A stretch of 64,000 bases of DNA from Reyranella sp. (GCA_019750135.1 JAIEOV010000009.1:122073-186072); one strand, 5' to 3'. Counted from the stretch's first letter, positions 29,401 to 43,014 are shown. A program made the numbers and translations. The notes: generated from the sequence alone by a model not told the origin.

Positions 29401-29902
29401 CGATCAGCGAGGTGTCGGTGTGGACGACGCCGGGCAGGCTGCCGGCGACCGGCGTGGGGGCGGCGATCGAGCGGAACGTCGAGGACACGGCCTGCAACTG
29501 CAGGGCGATGTAGGGCAGCACGCCCACCGTGGCGAACAGCGTGGCGGTGACACCGACGGCGCGGCTCTTGCCGTAGCGCGAGGCGAGGAAGTCGGCGATC
29601 GAGGTGACGTTGTGCTGCTTGGCGAGCCGGACCATCTTGCGCAGCATCGGATAGCCCGCCACGACGACCAGGGCGGGACCGGTATAGATCAGGATGAAGT
29701 CGATGCCCGAGGTCGCCGCACGCCCGACCGCGCCGTAGAACGTCCACGACGTGCAGTAGATGGCGAGCGACAGGCCATAGACCGCCGGCGCCACCGAGCT
29801 CGCCGACCAGTCGCGGGCATAGCGGTCGCCGAAATAGGCAATGGCGAACAGCAGGCCGAGATAGGCCAGCGACAGGGCCAGGACGGTGGGTTCCGTCATC
29901 AT
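26465..29902 (-). CDS. CrbS/MxtR-like hybrid kinase (SLC5 symporter-STAC-PAS-HisKA-HATPase-REC)
   Basis: LSLAIYCTSWTFYGAVG, SIADFLASRYGKS, LPRQFHV, STAC-like AERVLSGTLGAASAR, SHDLLQPL, C-terminal REC. Confidence 0.92.
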   Translation of the reverse strand: MMTEPTVLALSLAYLGLLFAIAYFGDRYARDWSASSVAPAVYGLSLAIYCTSWTFYGAVGRAATSGIDFILIYTGPALVVVAGYPMLRKMVRLAKQHNVTSIADFLASRYGKSRAVGVTATLFATVGVLPYIALQLQAVSSTFRSIAAPTPVAGSLPGVVHTDTSLIVAALMAVFTILFGVRNVHASEQHRGMMLAIAFESVVKLLALLTVGPFVLFVLFSGPADLLAQVESVPAVADRVFREGSPLTWIVTTLLSGMAFLCLPRQFHVAVVEHDHPASLRTARWLFPIYLVLINLFVVPIAAGGLLMLGSQTSPDLYVLQLPLTNGESWLSAFVFIGGLSAATSMVIVACMALSGMIGNELVMPYLLRRPARWGAGVAQNMGPLVVFVRRAAVVLILMAGYAYERIISGYLPLASIGMISFCAVANFAPGVVLGLYWRRAHRYGVVAGLVGGFVVWLYALLLPTLQQTAGGGQVAPLKPYLPAPLTELDPVGQGFVVCILVNALLLIGVSLLVRARGSDAEQADAFVLGAEPEQQPQRPAPADAARIDELRELLARFVGSERSMRALAGERLSIEVALTRAERVLSGTLGAASARIIVAAFGRRGRLLPRSARALIDEASEAIRYNYEILRNTLDHVGMGIAAFDRDGRLEIFNDRFTALLALDDASVAVGATPREFGAAPDVDALLRRPEAPQTHEITTREGRVIELRLDPLPGGGFVATCNDVTARVHTAEALRESDRQLRQSTETLEQRVIERTAELEASRAEAEAANLGKTRFIAAASHDLLQPLHAARLFTAAMIDRDPGNDLGGKIDASLGAVESLLDALLDISKLDAGAFKPEKRPFALQPLFDSLATAFAPVAARRGVELVVAPTRAFVSTDPAFLRRILQNLLSNALRYGKAEGRPARVLLGCRRVGEELRIEVKDNGPGIAVDKQAVIFDEFVRLQAEDDAPREERGLGLGLAIVDRIARMLDLNIELASAPGQGSTFSVTVPRVASVVAAPVAPPAPQPTPSVEAESFVLCIDNEAQVREAMATLLSGWGCRVATAASQVEALAAVERAGRLPDLVLADLHLDNGPDGLDVVGALREAWGRFVPAALVTADRDPTLRLRARARRVELLHKPVKPASLRALLRVRTPTSGRVTA

Positions 29903-29999
29903 GCGTGAGCGCTTTCTCCCGACCGTCATTGAACCCGAGCGGCGGGGCCGCTACAAGCGCGCCAACCCCGTTCCACCCCCGATCCGACCGGAGCCGCCA

Positions 30000-31676
<1,677 letters not shown>

Positions 31677-31687
31677 CGACGTATTTA

Positions 31688-31716
31688 TCCTCCCCATCGC
31701 CATGCGATGGGGAGGA
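31688..31716. repeat. CCTCCCC/GGGGAGG hairpin repeat
   Basis: TCCTCCCCATCGC-CAT-GCGATGGGGAGGA; arms match those at 61373-61404. Confidence 0.7.
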
Positions 31717-31723
31717 AAGCGAC

Positions 31724-32263
31724 GTGACAACCAACCAGACCCGGCGATGGCCGTTCACGATGCCGCAGGACATCCTCGGCATCCGGTTCGCCCTCAACGT
31801 CGCCATCGCCACCGTGATCGTCTGGTACTCGCTGAAGTACATCGTCGATACCAACCCGATCTGGGCCATCGCCTCGATGGTGGCGGCGTCGGATCCGCAG
31901 GTGACCGAGGCGGCCCGCATGTTCAGGAGCCGCCTGATCAACGTGCTGGTGGGCGGCGTGGTCGGCCTGCTGTTCCTCATGATCGGCGGCCCGGCCGAGT
32001 GGACGCTGCCCATCGCTCTGGCCGTCACCGTCCTGCTATCGTCGTACGTCGTCCACATCCAGACGATGTGGCGCCAGGCGCCGATCACGGCGGCCATCGT
32101 CATCGCCAGCGGCGTCACCAGCCACTCCCGGGTGAGCGGCGTCGAGCACGGCCTGCACAAGGTCGCCGAGGTGGTCTTCGGCTGCCTTGTCGGCCTGCTC
32201 GTGAGCTGGGCGATGGCCAAGATCTGGCCGATCCACCGCCCGGCCGATCTCAAGGGGCCCTAA
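31724..32263 (+). CDS. FUSC/aromatic acid exporter family membrane protein
   Basis: NPIWAIASMV, R..NVLVGG, EVVFGCLVG pattern; start GTG 31724 or ATG 31760. Confidence 0.75.
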   Translation: MTTNQTRRWPFTMPQDILGIRFALNVAIATVIVWYSLKYIVDTNPIWAIASMVAASDPQVTEAARMFRSRLINVLVGGVVGLLFLMIGGPAEWTLPIALAVTVLLSSYVVHIQTMWRQAPITAAIVIASGVTSHSRVSGVEHGLHKVAEVVFGCLVGLLVSWAMAKIWPIHRPADLKGP

Positions 32264-32354
32264 TCCGCATCAAAAGCCCGATTTCATGCAACAATCACAG
32301 TGCTGATGCAGTTTTCATTGAGCTGTGGCAGAAGACCGCCCGAAGGGAGCGGAC

Positions 32355-32993
32355 ATGCTGACTGACGATCAACGCCAAGTCATCGAGGCTGAGGAGCAGC
32401 TGCGGCACGAAGTGAGGAGACGGCTGGACACGGAAAATCCGCCGCCGCCTCCCCCGCCCGCCCCGGAGCCGAAGATCGGTTTCGGCAAGAGGGTCTTCGA
32501 CTTCTTCAACAGTTCCGTCGGCATGTGGCTGCTCTCGTCGGTCGTCCTGACCGGCGGCGCCGCGCTGCTGCAGAACATCCAGCACAATCACGAGATTGCG
32601 CAACAGAACCGCCAGCAGCTCTCCACGCATCGCTTCGAGATCACGCACCGTCTCGACCAGATGGAATACGGCCTGCGCCGCGCCAAGACGGTCGGCGAAG
32701 CCAAGGTCGCCATGGACAACATGTTCAAGAGCAAATACCCGCTGACCCCGGAGCTGCAGAATCGCAGCCTCGCGTCGCTCTATCTCAGCATGTACCAGCT
32801 GATGTCCGGCACCGAGCAGGAGAAGTCGCAGCAGGCGATGACGTTCGTCCGCCGCCTCGAGGAAGCGGAGCTGTCGCTCCAGGCCGAGACCGACGACAAC
32901 GACAAGCTCGACGACACGCAGAAGCAGCTGATGCACAAGCTGATCCAGTCGATTAAGGCGCTGCATCACTCCGTCGATGCGAACGCCAAGTGA
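32355..32993 (+). CDS. Hypothetical single-TM protein with proline tract and helical C terminus
   Basis: GGGAG RBS, strong GC3 bias, PPPPPPAPEP followed by one hydrophobic helix. Confidence 0.75.
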   Translation: MLTDDQRQVIEAEEQLRHEVRRRLDTENPPPPPPPAPEPKIGFGKRVFDFFNSSVGMWLLSSVVLTGGAALLQNIQHNHEIAQQNRQQLSTHRFEITHRLDQMEYGLRRAKTVGEAKVAMDNMFKSKYPLTPELQNRSLASLYLSMYQLMSGTEQEKSQQAMTFVRRLEEAELSLQAETDDNDKLDDTQKQLMHKLIQSIKALHHSVDANAK

Positions 32994-33217
32994 TCGGCTG
33001 GATCGCAGCGTTTTGACGGTCGATCGAGCTCGATTCGACGCGGGGACAGCATTGCCTGCACATCGGCCGCGGGAGTCAAGGTCTGGTATGACGGCCGCGG
33101 AGGCGTCCAGATAGGGGGTCTTCTGGAGCGCCAAAAGTCGCAATAAAAGAACCTGGCATCGCCGTCAGGCCACGGCAAAGGGCCGGCCACGGTGCTTGGA
33201 AAATCGCACCATGGTTA

Positions 33218-33246
33218 TTGACACGAATGAGCACTTAAGTTATCTT
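33218..33246 (+). promoter_or_regulatory. sigma70-type promoter with no downstream ORF
   Basis: TTGACA-17 nt-TATCTT. Confidence 0.65.
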
Positions 33247-33427
33247 GAGCCTGCCGCCCGCCGTGCTCTTAGGCGTCCGCTCTATGCATCGTTCATCCGA
33301 TACCATCGCGCCCGGCGGCAGCCCTGCGGGCCCAGTTTTTCGTCATGCCGCGACGCTAGCGAAATCCAGCGAACTTCACCCGACATTCAACCCATCGGCA
33401 CCACTGTGCAGAGCGATGAGGCTGGCG

Positions 33428-34237
33428 TCAGATCCTCTGATCCATCTCCAGCGCGGGCTCCGGCACGTCGACACAGCCGATGATGCGCGCCGGAACGCCG
33501 GCCGCCGTGCAGCCGGCGGGCACCGGCTCGAGCACCACGCTGCCGGCCGCGATCTTGGCGCAGGCGCCGATCTCGATGTTGCCGAGCACCTTGGCGCCGG
33601 CACCCAGAAGCACGCCGCGCCGCACCTTGGGATGGCGGTCACCGCGTTCCTTGCCGGTGCCGCCCAGGGTCACGCCGTGCAGCATCGACACGCCGTCCTC
33701 GACGACGGCGGTCTCGCCGATCACCACGCCGGTACCGTGGTCGATGAAGATGCCCTTGCCGATGCGCGCGCCGGGATGGATGTCGAGCCCGAACAGGGCG
33801 CTGGCGCGGCTCTGCAGGAAATGCGCGAGCGTCTGGCGGCCCTGCAGCCACAGCCAATGGGCGACGCGCGACGTCTGCAGGGCGTGATAGCCCTTGAACC
33901 ACAGCAGCGGATCGAGATGCGAGGTGCAGGCGGGATCGCGCTCGACCACCGCCATGATGTCGGCGCGCGCCGCCAGCCCGATGGCCGGCTCGGCATTCAA
34001 CGCCTCGTCGAAGATCTGGCGAATGAGGGCGGCGGGCATCTCGGTGGTGCCGGCAAGCCGCGCCAGATGGTAGCTCAGGGCGCCTTCGAAGCGGCTCTGG
34101 CTCAGGATGGTGGCATGCAGGGTTCCCGCCAGCACCGGTTCGACCGCAGCAGCCGTCTGCGCGGCCTCGCGGATCCTGTTCCAAACCGGGTCTACCGTGC
34201 GGGGTTCCGCTGCGTTCTTTGCGACGGCGCTGTCCAT
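33428..34237 (-). CDS. cysE: Serine O-acetyltransferase
   Basis: ERDPAC, FKGYHALQ, DIHPGARIG, DHGTG, TLGGTGKERGDRHPK. Confidence 0.95.
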   Translation of the reverse strand: MDSAVAKNAAEPRTVDPVWNRIREAAQTAAAVEPVLAGTLHATILSQSRFEGALSYHLARLAGTTEMPAALIRQIFDEALNAEPAIGLAARADIMAVVERDPACTSHLDPLLWFKGYHALQTSRVAHWLWLQGRQTLAHFLQSRASALFGLDIHPGARIGKGIFIDHGTGVVIGETAVVEDGVSMLHGVTLGGTGKERGDRHPKVRRGVLLGAGAKVLGNIEIGACAKIAAGSVVLEPVPAGCTAAGVPARIIGCVDVPEPALEMDQRI

Positions 34238-34334
34238 ATGGCGTTCTCCTCGGGCCGGCCGTAGCCATGCCACGGCGGGCCGATCGATACGCCTCCCGCC
34301 GGTTACTCTATGTTGGCCGCCTCAGGGGCGCAAT

Positions 34335-34952
34335 TCACCGCGACGCCCGGGATTCGAGCTCGTCGATCAGTGGCTGCACCTTGCCGCCGTTCTGCTGGAT
34401 GTAGGAATTGAAATCCGAACGTCTAGTCATGACCATGCTGACGCCCTCGATCTTGACGTCGGTGATCCGCAGGCCGGCCGGCAGCTGGCGGACCTCCCAT
34501 TCGAGCTTGATGGGCTGGCCATTGCTCTGGTTCAGCCGGCTGTCGACGACCCACACGCCGTTGGGCCGCGCCGTCGTCTTGCCGATGGTGAGCGTCTGCC
34601 CGGCGTACTGGCCGAAGCGCTCGGCGTAGGCCTTGGCTTCGGCGGTTTCGGTCGCCTTCACGAAGCGGGCCTGCTGCTCGGGCGAGGCCTTGGCCCAATG
34701 GGTTCCCAACGCGGTCTGCGCCATGTAGGGCAGGTCGAACCGGGTCTGCAGGACCTGCTGGATCGCGGCCTGGCGCTGTGCGCCGGTCGTGCTCTTGATG
34801 ATGTCGATGGCCTGGGTCGCGGTCGAGGAGACCAGGTCGGCCGCCGGATCGGCGGCAAAGGCGGGCACCGCAACGAGCGCAATGGCAGCGCCGGCGGCGA
34901 GACGAAAAGCGAGGCGACGACAAGCGAGCAGCGGCAATGGTCGCTCCTTCAA
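34335..34952 (-). CDS. mlaC: MlaC/Ttg2D phospholipid-binding protein
   Basis: Signal peptide, FDLPYMAQTALG.HW, ITDVKIEGVSMVMTRRSDF. Confidence 0.85.
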   Translation of the reverse strand: MKERPLPLLACRRLAFRLAAGAAIALVAVPAFAADPAADLVSSTATQAIDIIKSTTGAQRQAAIQQVLQTRFDLPYMAQTALGTHWAKASPEQQARFVKATETAEAKAYAERFGQYAGQTLTIGKTTARPNGVWVVDSRLNQSNGQPIKLEWEVRQLPAGLRITDVKIEGVSMVMTRRSDFNSYIQQNGGKVQPLIDELESRASR

Positions 34953-34982
34953 TGAACCTGGCGAATTGTTACCGCAGGCGTC

Positions 34983-35792
34983 TTAGCGCACCAGAGCGAG
35001 ATTGTCGCGACGCTCCAGTTCACTCTTGGTGTCGGTCTTGTCACGCTTCGCGCGAATAAGGTCGGCACGGTTCTGGGTGTAGGCCGAGCGCAGCGCGGCG
35101 TAGTAGTCGACGCTGTTCTTCTCGATGTCGTCCAGCGCGAACATGGTGCGCGACCGGTAGTCGATGACGTTCAGGCCGTAGCGCGGGAGGCCGATGTACC
35201 ACCAGTCCCAGTTGAAGGCGAACGGCAGGATCTGGAACGGGTCGATCGCATAGTCGACCATCAGGCCGGTCGCATCGCGCGCGTTGGACGGCCCGGCGAG
35301 CGGCAGCACGAGGTAGAATCCGCCATTCTCCGGCTCGACGCCCTTGCCCGCCCAGATGCCGATCGTCTGGCCGGCATCGGTCTTGGTGCGCTCGAGGCCC
35401 ATCAAGGCGGCAACGTCGAACAGGCCGGCCAAGCCAATGGTCGAGTTCACCAGGAAGCGCGCCATGGTAACGCCGGCGCGGCTGGGGTCGCCCTGGAAGA
35501 CCTCGTTGATGGCCGTGACCGGCTCACCAAGATTGTCAAGAAGGTTGCGCACGCTCTTCTGGGCCTTCTCGGGCACCCAGTCGCGATAGAGCACCGCGAC
35601 AGGCCGGACCGCCATGACGTCGACGGCACGATTGATCGAGAAAATGAAGCGGTTAGGCGTCTCGATCGGGTCCCACACCTCGGAAGCGCCGGTGTCGTTC
35701 ACCGCACAGCCACCCAGCAGGGTTGCAGCAACGGCAGCTGCGGCGACCGAAGCACGGACGCGGGTGGCCACCTTGAATACGCTTGCGATCAT
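34983..35792 (-). CDS. mlaA: MlaA/VacJ lipoprotein
   Basis: Lipobox LLGGC, DPIETPNR, RFLVNSTIGLAGLFDVA, LVLPLAGPSNARD. Confidence 0.9.
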   Translation of the reverse strand: MIASVFKVATRVRASVAAAAVAATLLGGCAVNDTGASEVWDPIETPNRFIFSINRAVDVMAVRPVAVLYRDWVPEKAQKSVRNLLDNLGEPVTAINEVFQGDPSRAGVTMARFLVNSTIGLAGLFDVAALMGLERTKTDAGQTIGIWAGKGVEPENGGFYLVLPLAGPSNARDATGLMVDYAIDPFQILPFAFNWDWWYIGLPRYGLNVIDYRSRTMFALDDIEKNSVDYYAALRSAYTQNRADLIRAKRDKTDTKSELERRDNLALVR

Positions 35793-35959
35793 CAACGCCA
35801 ACCCTGGGTCCATCCCCGCAGGCACCGGCACGCCGGGCCAAAGACACGAAGTTCGTAAATGAGTGTCGCACACGGGCGGTGCAGTTTGAAGTGAATAGGC
35901 AAGAGAGCTTGGCCACGTTGCCGTGTGGCAACAATTTCCCGCCGGTGACCCCCTCCCTC

Positions 35960-35988
35960 TTGCATACATAAAGATATGCTTATATTCT
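35960..35988 (+). promoter_or_regulatory. SahR/SamR operator overlapping a sigma70 promoter
   Basis: ACATAAAG-ATAT-GCTTATAT (35966-35985) resembles the ATAAAG-N4-CTTTAT box; TTGCAT-17-TATTCT ends 7 nt before the ATG. Confidence 0.7.
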
Positions 35989-35995
35989 TCAATCC

Positions 35996-36985
35996 ATGGA
36001 TCACCTCCTCACCCTCCTGCGGGCCGCGGCCGAAGATACGCGGCTGCGCATTCTGGCGCTGGCGGCGCGCGAGGATTTGACGGTCAGCGACTACGTGCAT
36101 GTGCTGGGGCAGAGCCAGCCGCGCGTCTCACGGCATCTGAAGCTGCTGGTCGAAGCAGGCCTGCTGGAGCGCTTCCGCGAAGCCCAGTTCACCCGCTTCC
36201 GCCTCGTGACCGCGGGCGACGATGCCGCCCTGGTGCGCGAGTTCGTGCGCCGGCTCGATCCCAAGCACGCCCGCATCGCCGCCGACCGCGCCCGGCTGGA
36301 CGCCCTGCAGCAGCGCCGCCAGACAGCGGCGGTACGCTTCTTCCGCGACAATGCGCAGCGCTGGGACGAACTGCGCGCCCTGCACGTGGCCGACCGCGAG
36401 ATCGAGCGCGCGCTCGCCCATCATTTGCCGATCGGTGCGCGCCGGCTGCTCGACATCGGCACCGGCACGGGCCGGCTGCTGGAAGTGCTGGCGCCCAAGG
36501 TCGAGCAGGCGGTCGGCGTCGACCAGTCGCGCGAGATGCTGGCGCTGGCCCGCGCCAACCTCGCCAAGGCCGGCATCGACAATGCCGACATCCGCCAGGG
36601 CGACATGTATGCCTTGCCCTTCGAATCCGACGCCTTCGACGTGGTCACCATCCATCACGTGCTGCACTACGCCGACGATCCCGCGGCGGCGCTGAGCGAA
36701 GCGGCGCGCGTGGTGCGGCCGGGCGGCGTCGTCCTCGTGGTCGACTTCTCGCCGCACGACCTGGTCGAGCTGAAGCGCGAGCACGCCCATGTCCATCTCG
36801 GCTTCGCCGACAACCAGGTGCAGGGCTGGCTGCGCAGCGCCGGCTTGAACCCGCTCGAGCCGATCCACTTTCCCGGCCGCCGCCTGATGACCGGCATCTG
36901 GCGCGGCGAGCGCGAACTGCCGGCGCGCACGTCGCGCCACGTCACCCATCCCGCCCCCCATTCGACGCACGGAGTTTCTCGATGA
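35996..36985 (+). CDS. ArsR-methyltransferase fusion regulator (SahR/SamR type)
   Basis: QSQPRVSRHLKLL HTH plus LDIGTGTG SAM-binding domain; heads the metF-metH operon. Confidence 0.9.
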   Translation: MDHLLTLLRAAAEDTRLRILALAAREDLTVSDYVHVLGQSQPRVSRHLKLLVEAGLLERFREAQFTRFRLVTAGDDAALVREFVRRLDPKHARIAADRARLDALQQRRQTAAVRFFRDNAQRWDELRALHVADREIERALAHHLPIGARRLLDIGTGTGRLLEVLAPKVEQAVGVDQSREMLALARANLAKAGIDNADIRQGDMYALPFESDAFDVVTIHHVLHYADDPAAALSEAARVVRPGGVVLVVDFSPHDLVELKREHAHVHLGFADNQVQGWLRSAGLNPLEPIHFPGRRLMTGIWRGERELPARTSRHVTHPAPHSTHGVSR

Positions 36986-37902
36986 GCCCCGATACCGGTC
37001 CCCTTGGCGGTCCATTCAGCGTCTCCGGCGCCGAGTTTCCCGCGCGTGCGCCGCAACGGCTGAAGGTCTCGTTCGAGTTCTCTCCGCCCAAGACCGAAGC
37101 GGCGGAGCGCACGCTGTGGGAGACGGTGACCCGTCTCACGCCGCTCAAGCCGACGTTCTTCTCGGTGACCTATGGCGCCGGAGGCTCGACGCGCCAGCGT
37201 ACGCACGAGACCGTCGCGCGCCTGAAGAAGGAGACCGGCGTCGATGCCGCGGCTCATCTCACCTGCGTCGGCGCCACCCAGGGCGAGATCGACGAGATCG
37301 CGCGCGCCTATTGGGACGCGGGCATCCGCCACATCGTGGCCCTGCGCGGCGATCCGCCGGGCGGCATGGGCGGCAAGTACAGCCCCCATCCCGGCGGCTA
37401 TGCCAATGCGGCCGAGCTGATCGGCGGGCTGAAGAAGATCGGTGCGTTCCAGATCAGCGCCGCCTGCTATCCCGAGAAGCACCCCGATTCGGTGGATGCC
37501 AAGGCCGACCTCGAGAACCTCAAGCGCAAGGTCGATGCCGGCGCCGACCGCTGCATCACCCAGTTCTTCTTCGAGGCCGACGACTTCCTGCGCTTCCGCG
37601 ATCACGCCGCCGCGGCAGGCATCAACGTGCCGATCGTGCCGGGCATCATGCCGGTCTCGAACTTCCAGGGCATCACCAAGATGGCCGGCCTGTGCGGCTC
37701 CAAGGTGCCGTCGTGGCTCGCCAACATGTTCGACGGCCTGGACGATGACGTCGAGACCCGGCGCATGATCGCCGCCACGGTGGCCGGCGACCTCTGCCGC
37801 CGCCTGCGCGACGAAGGCGTCGATCAGTTCCACTTCTACACGCTGAACCGCGCCGACCTCACCTTCGCGATCTGCCACTTGCTGGGAGTACGTCCACAAT
37901 GA
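36982..37902 (+). CDS. metF: Methylenetetrahydrofolate reductase
   Basis: [43 protein letters not shown]; ATGA coupling. Confidence 0.96.
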   Translation: MSPDTGPLGGPFSVSGAEFPARAPQRLKVSFEFSPPKTEAAERTLWETVTRLTPLKPTFFSVTYGAGGSTRQRTHETVARLKKETGVDAAAHLTCVGATQGEIDEIARAYWDAGIRHIVALRGDPPGGMGGKYSPHPGGYANAAELIGGLKKIGAFQISAACYPEKHPDSVDAKADLENLKRKVDAGADRCITQFFFEADDFLRFRDHAAAAGINVPIVPGIMPVSNFQGITKMAGLCGSKVPSWLANMFDGLDDDVETRRMIAATVAGDLCRRLRDEGVDQFHFYTLNRADLTFAICHLLGVRPQ

Positions 37903-38953
37903 ATCGCGCCGAAAAAGCCGAGTTGCTGCGCGAGATCGGCAGCGAACGCATCCTGGTCAAGGACGGGCCGTACGGCTCGATGATCCAGACCTACCGGCTG
38001 GACGAGGAAGGCTACCGTGCCGGCCGGTCGTTCACGCACGACCAGAAGGGCAACAACGACCTCCTGAACCTGACGCGCCCCGACGTCGTGGGCGAGATCT
38101 GCAACGCCTATATCGACGCCGGCGCCGACATCCTGGCGACCAACACCTTCAACGCCAACGCCATCAGCTTGAGCGACTACGGCATCGCCGACATGGCGCG
38201 CGAGGTGAACCTGGCGGCGGCCAAGCTGACGCGCGCCTGCGCCGATGCAGCGACCGCCAAGAACCCCGGCAAGCCCCGCTTCGTCGTCGGCGCTCTCGGC
38301 CCGACCAACAAGACGCTGTCGGTGTCGCCCAACGTCAACGACCCGGGCTATCGCGCCGTCAGCTTCGACGAGGTGAAGGGCATCTATCGCGAGCAGATCG
38401 ACGGCCTGCTGGACGGCGGCGTCGACTTCATCCTGATCGAGACGGTGTTCGACACGCTGAACGCCAAGGCCGCGCTGGTCGCGGCCGACGAGGCCGCCGA
38501 AGCGCGCGGCGAGGAACTGCCGGTCATGGTGTCGATGACCCTGACCGATCTCGCCGGCCGCAACCTCTCGGGCCAGACCGTCGAGGCGTTCTGGCACTCG
38601 GTGCGCCACGCCAAGCCGCTGACCATGGGCCTGAACTGCAGCTTCGGCGCCACCGAGCTGCATCCCTACGTCAATGCGCTCAACCCGCAGGTCGAGGGCA
38701 TGCTCTGCGTCTACCCGAACGCCGGCCTGCCCAACGAGCTCGGCGCCTACGACGAGCCGCCCGAGATGACGGCCAAGCTGGTCAAGGGCTGGGCCGAGAA
38801 CGGCTGGCTGAACGTGGTCGGCGGCTGCTGTGGCACGACGCCGGCCCACATCAAGGCGATCGCCGAGGCGGTCAAGGACGTGAAGCCGCGCCAGTGGCAT
38901 GCCCTGCCCCCGGCGTTGCGTCTCTCGGGAATGGAAGCGGCGAGTTTCTTCTG

Positions 38954-38954
<1 letters not shown>
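37899..38954 (+). CDS. metH: Methionine synthase N-terminal homocysteine-binding module (split MetH)
   Basis: [39 protein letters not shown]. Confidence 0.92.
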
Positions 38955-41596
<2,642 letters not shown>

Positions 41597-41602
41597 TGTC
41601 TT

Positions 41603-41657
41603 TGGGAGCGCGGGCCTCTGGCCCGCTCATGAGGCGGGCCGGAGGCCCGCGCTCCCA
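41603..41657. repeat. GGAGCGC-type REP doublet
   Basis: TGGGAGCGCGGGCCTCTGGCCCGC-TCATGAG-GCGGGCCGGAGGCCCGCGCTCCCA; left arm identical to 26288-26310. Confidence 0.85.
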
Positions 41658-42383
41658 ATGATGAGCTACGCCCTCGTGCTCGCCGTCGGCTTCGTGGCCG
41701 GCACGGTGAGCGGCATCGTCGGCACGGGCGCCACCGTCATCCTGCTGCCTGTGCTGGTGATCGTCTTCGGCCCGCGCGAGGCCGTACCGATCATGGCGGT
41801 CGTCGCCCTGATGTCGAACTTCGCCAAGATCACCTCATGGTGGCGCGAGATCGACTGGCGCGCCGTCGCCGCCTACGCCCTGGGCGGCGTTCCCGCGGCG
41901 GCGCTGGGCGCGCGCACCCTGCTCGTGCTCCCCGAGAACAGCGTCGAGCTGGCGCTCGGCCTCTTCTTCCTCGCCATGGTGCCGGGCCGCCGCTGGCTCG
42001 CCTCGCGCAACATGACGATCGGTTTCGGCGGGCTGGTGATCGCCGGCGCCGTGATCGGCTTCCTCACCGGCATCGTCGTCTCGACCGGCCCGCTCAGCGT
42101 GCCGACCTTCGCCGCCTACGGCCTGGTCAAAGGCGCCTTCATCGCCACCGAAGCGGCGGGCTCGCTCGCCCTCTACATCAGCAAGGCCCTCACGTTCAGG
42201 CAGTTCGGCGCGCTGCCGACCGACATCGTCGTCAAGGGCCTGATCACCGGGTCCTCGGTCATGGCCGGCACCTACCTCGCCCGCTTGATCGTCGAGCGGC
42301 TGAGCGTGGCCGCCTTCCAGTACATGCTCGACATCGTGATGGTGGTCTCGGGCCTTGCACTTTTGTGGCAGGCACTGCACTGA
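41658..42383 (+). CDS. TSUP (TauE/SafE) family permease
   Basis: AGTVSGIVGTG, FGPREAVP, GFLTGIVVSTGP; hydrophobic throughout. Confidence 0.85.
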   Translation: MMSYALVLAVGFVAGTVSGIVGTGATVILLPVLVIVFGPREAVPIMAVVALMSNFAKITSWWREIDWRAVAAYALGGVPAAALGARTLLVLPENSVELALGLFFLAMVPGRRWLASRNMTIGFGGLVIAGAVIGFLTGIVVSTGPLSVPTFAAYGLVKGAFIATEAAGSLALYISKALTFRQFGALPTDIVVKGLITGSSVMAGTYLARLIVERLSVAAFQYMLDIVMVVSGLALLWQALH

Positions 42384-42421
42384 CCGACCTGCCATACTGG
42401 CGACCTCGCGGAGGAAGCCGG

Positions 42422-42946
42422 ATGAACAGGATCGTCTTCGCATCGATGGTCGCAGGCCTGGCGCTCGCGACCGCCTGCACCCAGCAGACGGCGCAGCAGC
42501 TCAACACCGCCAATGCCAACTCCCAGGTCTATATCGGCGCGCTAACCTGCAACGTCACCGGCAGCACCGGCTACGTCTTCGGCTCGAGCCGCGATCTCAG
42601 CTGCGTCTATCTCACCAAGGAAGGCGCCTCGCAGGCGTATGACGGCAAGATCCGCCGCTTCGGCCTCGATCTCGGCACCACCAAGCCCGGCCATGTGGTG
42701 TGGAAGGTCTATCAGCTCGGCGGGCTGGTCGGGGACCAGACCAGTAGCAATCCCAAGGTGATCGTGGGCAATTACGGCGGCGAGCAGGCCTCGGTGTCGG
42801 CCGGCGCCACCGCCGGCGGCAACTGGCTGTACGGCGGCAGCAACAACCAGATCGTCCTGCAGGCGACCCAGCTCCAGTCGTCGGGCGACGCCGGCTACAA
42901 CCTCGCCTACGGCATTGCCGAGATTTCGCTCAGCTTGAAGAACTAG
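42422..42946 (+). CDS. DUF992-like lipoprotein
   Basis: Lipobox LATAC; GALTCNV..GYVFGSSRDLSC..YDGKIRRFGLDLG. Confidence 0.75.
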   Translation: MNRIVFASMVAGLALATACTQQTAQQLNTANANSQVYIGALTCNVTGSTGYVFGSSRDLSCVYLTKEGASQAYDGKIRRFGLDLGTTKPGHVVWKVYQLGGLVGDQTSSNPKVIVGNYGGEQASVSAGATAGGNWLYGGSNNQIVLQATQLQSSGDAGYNLAYGIAEISLSLKN

Positions 42947-43014
42947 ACCCAAGTCTCGCTTGCGTCGCCGCGCGTTGTGCCATACTCGGGCGACGTAAGG
43001 AGATACGGACACCC

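Noticed and set aside
33196-33483. 95-aa plus-strand ORF across locus A
   Set aside because: Its possible starts lie upstream of the promoter, codon bias is poor and it overlaps the cysE 3' end; a short peptide from ATG 33284 cannot be fully excluded.
35800-35995. SAM or cobalamin riboswitch upstream of the met operon
   Set aside because: No consensus elements seen; the promoter sits directly at the ATG and carries a protein operator.
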